Assembly (NCBI GenBank): GCA_028286605.1
Contig: JAQBRE010000002.1
Span: forward strand, 464,065 to 528,064
From: Parcubacteria group bacterium
GTDB lineage: Bacteria; Patescibacteriota; Minisyncoccia; Phycocordibacterales; Phycocordibacteraceae
Length of the DNA stretch: 64,000 nt
Direction: 5' to 3'
This document shows, one piece after another, positions 58,749 to 64,000 of the stretch. Below the pieces are notes generated by a model that was not told the origin of the DNA, searched no databases, and saw only the letters and a program-made list of their open reading frames with translations. A program made the position numbers and the translations under genes. Positions within the stretch are counted from its first letter, which is position 1. Each line of letters opens with the position of its first letter.

Positions 58749-60029
58749 ATGGAACCTATCGCTTCAAACGTAACTGAACTGGAACTCGCCGATGGTGTTC
58801 GCATCTTCATCGCACCAACAAAAGCGAAAGATGTCGTAACCCTGCAGGGAAGCGTCTTAGGTGGCATGCTCATGCTGCCGCGCGGAAAAGAAATAACTCA
58901 GGCACTTGCCGTTGAACTCCTGGACGCTGGAACGGTAGAAAAAACCAAAGATCAAATTCGCGAGGCTCTTGCTGCGCGCGGCATAGGCCTTTCATTCTCG
59001 TCAGGCACCGATCGTACTTTTTTCTCTGGTTCCTGCCTTCCGGAAGACTTTTCATTCTTACTAAAGACGATAGTTGAGTGCCTCACCGGCGCGACATTTC
59101 CTACGAAAGAAATCGCACTCGCTAAGGAGCGTATGCGCGGCGAACTAGAAGAAGGAAAAACTGACACGAACTTCCGCGCCACCATCGCGCTGAGCAGGAT
59201 GATGTATGACCCGTCACATATCAATTACGCAGACACCATCGAGGAGCGAATAAAATTTCTTAATTCAATTACACGCGCAGAACTTCTTGCATTCCGAAAG
59301 ATGCTCGGTCGCGAAGGACTCGTGATTTCCGTTGCGGGAGACATCACGCCAGCATCTGCCGAACGCTCTATTCGTTCAGCAATCGAGAAGCTACCTAAGG
59401 GTACGACTGAAACGCCAGTGCGAAAACTTAATCAGAAGAGGCCAGAGGCAAAAGAGCTGCTCGTGCCTATTACTGACAAAGCGAATATCGATACGTATCT
59501 CGGAGTCGCGCTTCCAATTAATTACGACCATCCGTTATATCTCGCCTTCACTATATTCAACAGCATGCTCGGTGCGCGTGGCCTCTCAAGCGGCCACCTA
59601 ATGAGCACAATCCGTGAACGTGATGGCTTAACCTATGGCATTTATGTGCGTGCGGGCGGATTTGGCGCTCTAAGTGAAGGGTTCTTTCGTATCTGGGCAA
59701 CTTTCTCTCCTGCGACATTCAAGGTGGCTGTAGAGAAAACTCGTAAGGAAATTTCTATATTCCTAAAAACGAAGCTCACAGAACAAGGGCTTCTTGCGCG
59801 ACAGGATCAATTCGCAGGTTCCTACGTTGTCGGGCTTTCAACGACCAATGGCCTTGCGTCGACCCTGCATAGCATCGGTATCGAAGGAAAGCCGCTCTCT
59901 TATATCGACGCGTATCCGGATTTAATCCGTGCCGTTACGCTAGACGACTTGAAAGCAGTCGCGAAACTCATTCCATTCGACAAGCTTTCACTCGCTGCGT
60001 CAGGAAGTTTTGACACAAAGGCGAAGTAG
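58749..60029 (+). CDS. M16-family peptidase, non-catalytic partner subunit (start trimmed to MEPIAS)
   Basis: M16 fold similarity to upstream gene, no HxxEH; 4-nt intergenic gap. Confidence 0.75.
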   Translation: MEPIASNVTELELADGVRIFIAPTKAKDVVTLQGSVLGGMLMLPRGKEITQALAVELLDAGTVEKTKDQIREALAARGIGLSFSSGTDRTFFSGSCLPEDFSFLLKTIVECLTGATFPTKEIALAKERMRGELEEGKTDTNFRATIALSRMMYDPSHINYADTIEERIKFLNSITRAELLAFRKMLGREGLVISVAGDITPASAERSIRSAIEKLPKGTTETPVRKLNQKRPEAKELLVPITDKANIDTYLGVALPINYDHPLYLAFTIFNSMLGARGLSSGHLMSTIRERDGLTYGIYVRAGGFGALSEGFFRIWATFSPATFKVAVEKTRKEISIFLKTKLTEQGLLARQDQFAGSYVVGLSTTNGLASTLHSIGIEGKPLSYIDAYPDLIRAVTLDDLKAVAKLIPFDKLSLAASGSFDTKAK

Positions 60030-60339
60030 GGTTATAAAGAAAACTGGTGCAATACAAGGGATACGAGTAGTGTCAGGAAAACTTCTTTCACCAAATGTGG
60101 TGACTAAGCTGAAACGCCAGAAGAATCGACTGAGCAATCCGGCGGGCCTTGCTCCTGATGTGTTGAAAAACCGCGAAAGCATTATGGAAAATATTGAGTT
60201 CCGTCTTCGGCAACACATGAGGGCTGAAAAACGCAGTACGCGAGCAGAGCGGCATCAGTCCGCCTGACAAGTCCCGAAGGAGTCCCGACTCCGCTCGGGG
60301 CTTCTTCATTTATATACGTCTCGTGGTATCTTCATCTCT

Positions 60340-62406
60340 ATGACTGTTTCAGAAGTACGCAAGCGATTCCTCGATTTCTACGCGGCTCGGGGCCACGTGA
60401 TCATCCCGTCCGCGCCTATCGTGCCTGGCAATGACCCCACCACGCTCTTCACCTCTTCGGGGATGCAGCCGCTGGTGCCGTACCTGCTTGGGAAGGATCA
60501 TCCAGCAGGGGTTCGCCTCGCGAACTCCCAGATGAGCTTCCGTGCAGGAGACATCGAAGAGGTCGGCGACAACCGCCACACTACATTCTTCGAGATGCTC
60601 GGTAACTGGTCACTTGGTGACTATTTCAAGGAAAAACAACTTCCTTGGTTGTTTGATTTTTTAACAGATGAAGAACTTGGATTGGGATTAGATATTGATA
60701 AGCTTTTTGTCACAGTATTTGCTGGCGATACTGAAAGTGGAATGAAAGCAGATAACGAATCTGTCGAGATATGGAAAGAGCTTTTCAAAGCAAAAAATAT
60801 TGATGCGCATTTTTCTGATGTTGGTTCCGAAACGAATGGTTATAAGAAGGGTATGTGGAGCGATGAAAATGCTCCAGACGCACAAATGACCAAGGCACGA
60901 ATTTTTGCATATGACGCGAAGAAAAACTGGTGGAGTCGCGCAGGCATTCCAAGCAATATGCCCGCGGGGGAGCCAGGTGGTCCAGATTCTGAAGTTTTCT
61001 ATGACTTTATGCCGAACTCTGGTTTTGATGGTGGTCATGCAACTCTTGATTCAGCAAAAATATGGGGAGTAAATTGCCATCCGAATTGCGATTGCGGTCG
61101 TTTCATAGAAATAGGTAACTCGGTGTTTATGCAGTTCGTAAAAAATCAAGACGGATCATTCTCAAATCTTCCGAAGCAGAATGTCGACTTTGGCGGAGGT
61201 CTTGAGCGACTCGCTGCTGCAACAAATAACGATGCTGATGTCTTTAATATTGATGTCTTCGCCTCTGCAAAGGCTCAAATTGCTTCTTTAACTGGTGTCT
61301 CCTATTCGGACAATGGTGGTCCATCAGAAAATCCGAGTGGGATTATAGTAATTGGCAAAGAAAATCCTGTGGGCATGCCAGCAGGTACTATGCGATTCTT
61401 CTATCGTGTAATTCTTGATCACTTACGCGCATCAACATTCCTTATCGCAGGAAGTGTACAGCCAAGCAAAAGCGATCAGGGCTACGTGGTACGACGTCTC
61501 CTTCGTAGAGCAATACGCTTTTCCGATAATCTTGCTATTCCCGCAGGAAATCTTTCAAAGATAGCAAGTATTTATGTTCATGAATATGAGCAGGCCTATC
61601 CTATATTGCTGGAGCACCATAAAACTATTGTTGAAACGATAGAGAAGGAAGAGGAGGATTTCAGAATCATTTTAAAGCGTGAAGGTGCCAGGCTAGACAA
61701 TGCCTTACAGGAAGCCATTTTCAATGGAGGTGTTTTGGATGCCCAAATTGCTTTTCAGTTCGCAACTACACACGGATATCCATTCGAGATGATTGTTGAG
61801 CAGGCTCAAGAAAGAGGTGTCAGAATTGACCGAGACGCTTTTGAAAGTTTAATGGAGCAGCATCAGGAAACATCGCGCGCCGGAGGCGCGCAGCGTTTCG
61901 CAGGCGGCCTTGCAGACCATGCAGAGCAGACGGTCCGCTACCACACCACGCATCACATCCTTCTTGCCGCGCTTCAGCAAGTGCTCGGCCCCGAAGTGAA
62001 GCAGCGCGGCTCCAATATTACGAGCGAACGTCTTCGTATCGACTTCTCTTCACCCGGCAAGATGACGGACGAGCAGAAAGCAGAAGTTGAGCGCATCGTG
62101 AACGAAGTTATCTATCAGGATCTTCCTGTATCGCGCACGGTGATGCCAAAAGAGGAAGCAGAGAAACTTGGTGCACAGATGGAGTTCGGCGTTAAGTATC
62201 CCGACATGGTCTCGGTCTATTCGGTGGGCCCTATCCACGCAACGGAAGAGAACCCTGATATTCCGAACGCATTCTCACTTGAGTTCTGCGGCGGTCCGCA
62301 CGTTTCAAATACGAAAGAGATTCACGAAGGCGGCACGCATTTCAAGATTCAGAAAGAGGAAGCAGTGGCAGCCGGTATTCGTCGCATCAAGGCGGTAATT
62401 GCCTAA
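60340..62406 (+). CDS. alaS: Alanine--tRNA ligase, short form lacking C-Ala domain
   Basis: Class II core (FTSSGM, GNWSLGDYF, RFIEIGNSVFMQF), editing HTTHHILLAALQ + FCGGPHV; ends right after editing domain (688 aa). Confidence 0.9.
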   Translation: MTVSEVRKRFLDFYAARGHVIIPSAPIVPGNDPTTLFTSSGMQPLVPYLLGKDHPAGVRLANSQMSFRAGDIEEVGDNRHTTFFEMLGNWSLGDYFKEKQLPWLFDFLTDEELGLGLDIDKLFVTVFAGDTESGMKADNESVEIWKELFKAKNIDAHFSDVGSETNGYKKGMWSDENAPDAQMTKARIFAYDAKKNWWSRAGIPSNMPAGEPGGPDSEVFYDFMPNSGFDGGHATLDSAKIWGVNCHPNCDCGRFIEIGNSVFMQFVKNQDGSFSNLPKQNVDFGGGLERLAAATNNDADVFNIDVFASAKAQIASLTGVSYSDNGGPSENPSGIIVIGKENPVGMPAGTMRFFYRVILDHLRASTFLIAGSVQPSKSDQGYVVRRLLRRAIRFSDNLAIPAGNLSKIASIYVHEYEQAYPILLEHHKTIVETIEKEEEDFRIILKREGARLDNALQEAIFNGGVLDAQIAFQFATTHGYPFEMIVEQAQERGVRIDRDAFESLMEQHQETSRAGGAQRFAGGLADHAEQTVRYHTTHHILLAALQQVLGPEVKQRGSNITSERLRIDFSSPGKMTDEQKAEVERIVNEVIYQDLPVSRTVMPKEEAEKLGAQMEFGVKYPDMVSVYSVGPIHATEENPDIPNAFSLEFCGGPHVSNTKEIHEGGTHFKIQKEEAVAAGIRRIKAVIA

Positions 62407-62435
62407 GAAATATTTAGCGTTCGATTCCCAGCAGC

Positions 62436-62897
62436 ATGCATAAAATACTCTTGCTCATACTAGTGGCTTTAGTGCTGTGCGGTATGGGCTACGAATACGT
62501 TGTCTCGCACCAAGCGTTTCCTCCTAAATCGAACGTGTGCTTCGAGATGCTCACGAGCTCTCTTGAAGTAGCGAAATCGAATCCTGCTATTAGGGTTCCT
62601 AATTTTTCTCTAGATTCCATACGATATATTCGTTGTGCTGCAATACCTGGCATAACCAATTTCACTATTGCCGGGATCGATTCATTTGGAAAAGAGTTCC
62701 GCATCTACGAAACGGTCGGGGGCAGGGCAGCGTCAGGAGGTGATAGCATTCTTGATTACTGCTATACGCAGGATGGAAAAATCATATCCCAAATTCGCAT
62801 CACGGGACACGAAGGAAAGCACTCAAATTCCGCATGTATCTATGATGAGTCTCTTCTTGCTCACCCTGTAACATATGAATACGGATTGACCAAATAA
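62436..62897 (+). CDS. Secreted/lipoprotein-like hypothetical protein, AT-rich
   Basis: Signal peptide MHKILLLILVALVLCG. Confidence 0.4.
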   Translation: MHKILLLILVALVLCGMGYEYVVSHQAFPPKSNVCFEMLTSSLEVAKSNPAIRVPNFSLDSIRYIRCAAIPGITNFTIAGIDSFGKEFRIYETVGGRAASGGDSILDYCYTQDGKIISQIRITGHEGKHSNSACIYDESLLAHPVTYEYGLTK

Positions 62898-62971
62898 GCA
62901 GCAACAATTCATACAAAAATTGATAACTAGGTATAGAATGGAAAATATCATTCATAATTAACTGATTACCT

Positions 62972-63322
62972 ATGAACAAGTATTTCGTGTTGTTTGGCAT
63001 TCCTGCTGCATCGATTCAGGAGTGGATGACGAACGTTGATGAAGCGACGCGCAAAGAACAGATGGATAAGATGATGATCGATTGGGAGACGTGGATGACG
63101 GCGCATGCGGATGCGATTCTTGATAAGGGTCTTCCGCTCGGAAAGACGAAGCGCGTTGATGCGAATGGTGTGAGCGACATTAAGAATGATTTGAACTGGT
63201 ACCTACTCGTACAGGCAGAATCACATGAAGCAGCGGCAGCGATGTTCGTAGGTCATCCGCATCTAGTGGAGATTCCAAGCGCATACGCCGAAATAATGGA
63301 TGCGAACCGAATGGGAATGTAG
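62972..63322 (+). CDS. Hypothetical protein (116 aa)
   Basis: ORF track. Confidence 0.4.
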   Translation: MNKYFVLFGIPAASIQEWMTNVDEATRKEQMDKMMIDWETWMTAHADAILDKGLPLGKTKRVDANGVSDIKNDLNWYLLVQAESHEAAAAMFVGHPHLVEIPSAYAEIMDANRMGM

Positions 63323-63397
63323 GTTCTTGTCCTCACGGATTCTTAATCGAGGTAGTGCTTTTATGGTGGACGTACCCGCTTAACTAAACACACTTGT

Positions 63398-63643
63398 ATG
63401 GGAATTATTCTTTGGATTGTATTCGGTGCTATCGCTGGTTGGATCGCTTCGATGATCGTTAAGAGCAATCAGGGCCTTCTGATCGATATCATTGTGGGTA
63501 TCGTCGGTGCGCTTATCGGTGGCTGGATCATGAGCCTTCTGGGTTACGGCGGCGTGAGCGGCTTCAATATCTACAGCCTCCTCGTTGCAATCCTCGGTGC
63601 AGTCGTCCTTCTGGTTATCGTGAAGGCGATTCGACGCGCGTAA
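63398..63643 (+). CDS. GlsB/YeaQ/YmgE-family (transglycosylase-associated) small membrane protein
   Basis: MGIILWIVFGAIAGWIASMIV...IVGIVGALIGGWIMSLLG repeat pattern. Confidence 0.8.
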   Translation: MGIILWIVFGAIAGWIASMIVKSNQGLLIDIIVGIVGALIGGWIMSLLGYGGVSGFNIYSLLVAILGAVVLLVIVKAIRRA

Positions 63644-63719
63644 TCGCGGTTCCTTGTGTGCGGAATGGCGCAGGCATAGCCTGCGCCATTCCTTTATCCA
63701 AATACGATAGAATACTCCT

Positions 63720-64000
63720 ATGCAAATAAAAGAACTCGGACACGTCGTGCTCTATGTTACAGATGCCACGACGATGGCAGATTTCTATCGCGACACGCTC
63801 GGCTTCAGACAGATCGCACGTGAGCCGGGCATCGCTATCTTCTCTGGCGGACGTACGCATCACGAGATGCTGATGATTGAAGTGGGAGGGAAGCCAAAGC
63901 CTGCGCATGCGCCAGAACCGGGGTTGTATCACATTGGCTTCAAGATAGGAGATAGCACCGAAGATGTAAAGAAAGCATTCAACGAGTTACGGGCACAGAA
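63720..64000 (+). CDS. VOC/glyoxalase-family protein, 3'-truncated by window end
   Basis: IKELGHVVLYVTDATTMADFYRDTLGF...HHEMLMIEV pattern. Confidence 0.55.
   Translation, partial: MQIKELGHVVLYVTDATTMADFYRDTLGFRQIAREPGIAIFSGGRTHHEMLMIEVGGKPKPAHAPEPGLYHIGFKIGDSTEDVKKAFNELRAQ

Noticed and set aside
60010-60267. 85-aa plus-strand ORF between the M16 peptidase and alaS
   Set aside because: It overlaps the peptidase stop and has no RBS. The region is more plausibly the alaS 5' leader with its hairpin at 60276-60315.

Overview
This is a 64 kb bacterial chromosomal window, overall about 55% GC, densely coding on both strands. The conserved backbone covers the sections below.

**Energy metabolism**
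- A complete F-type ATP synthase operon (atpB-E-F-H-A-G-D-C) with unusually short delta and epsilon subunits. It is preceded by an odd membrane protein carrying nine 21-bp acidic tandem repeats instead of atpI.

**Translation and RNA**
- ychF.
- leuS, carrying an embedded Nudix-box domain.
- tRNA-Asn(GTT).
- A glutaredoxin, then hpf convergent with the def-fmt operon.
- mnmA.
- alaS, lacking the C-Ala domain and AT-rich in its central part.

**Replication and repair**
- lexA.
- A PriA-like protein with no helicase motifs.
- holB (delta-prime).
- ung.

**Cell envelope**
- murA, mreB and mltG.
- A paired heterodimeric ABC exporter.
- A receiver-only response regulator and a separate histidine kinase.
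- A paired M16 peptidase.
- Cell-wall enzymes: a 3D-domain protein, a PG-binding + GH18 protein, a VanY/M15 peptidase, a sortase next to an LPXTG-motif substrate, and a GT-C glycosyltransferase.

**Accessory or foreign-looking content**
- A GC-rich (~65%) islet with two PEP-CTERM proteins.
- AT-rich islets carrying an NYN/LabA-like gene, an HNH endonuclease and several orphan genes.
- A SET-domain protein.
- An mnmA-coupled ATP-cone + Mrr-like nuclease followed by a Cas4-like PD-(D/E)XK nuclease.
- Gene-sized cassettes flanked by conserved 17-35 bp direct repeats.
- A second repeat family of terminator + TTTTTATACAAARCAGGTTC tails, clustered beside tRNA-Asn.

No rRNA, CRISPR array, transposase or integrase is visible. 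Several traits resemble reduced-genome bacteria such as the Candidate Phyla Radiation: short AtpH/AtpC, C-Ala-less AlaS, helicase-dead PriA, a sigma-region-4-only protein, and a sortase. This taxonomic reading is inference only.
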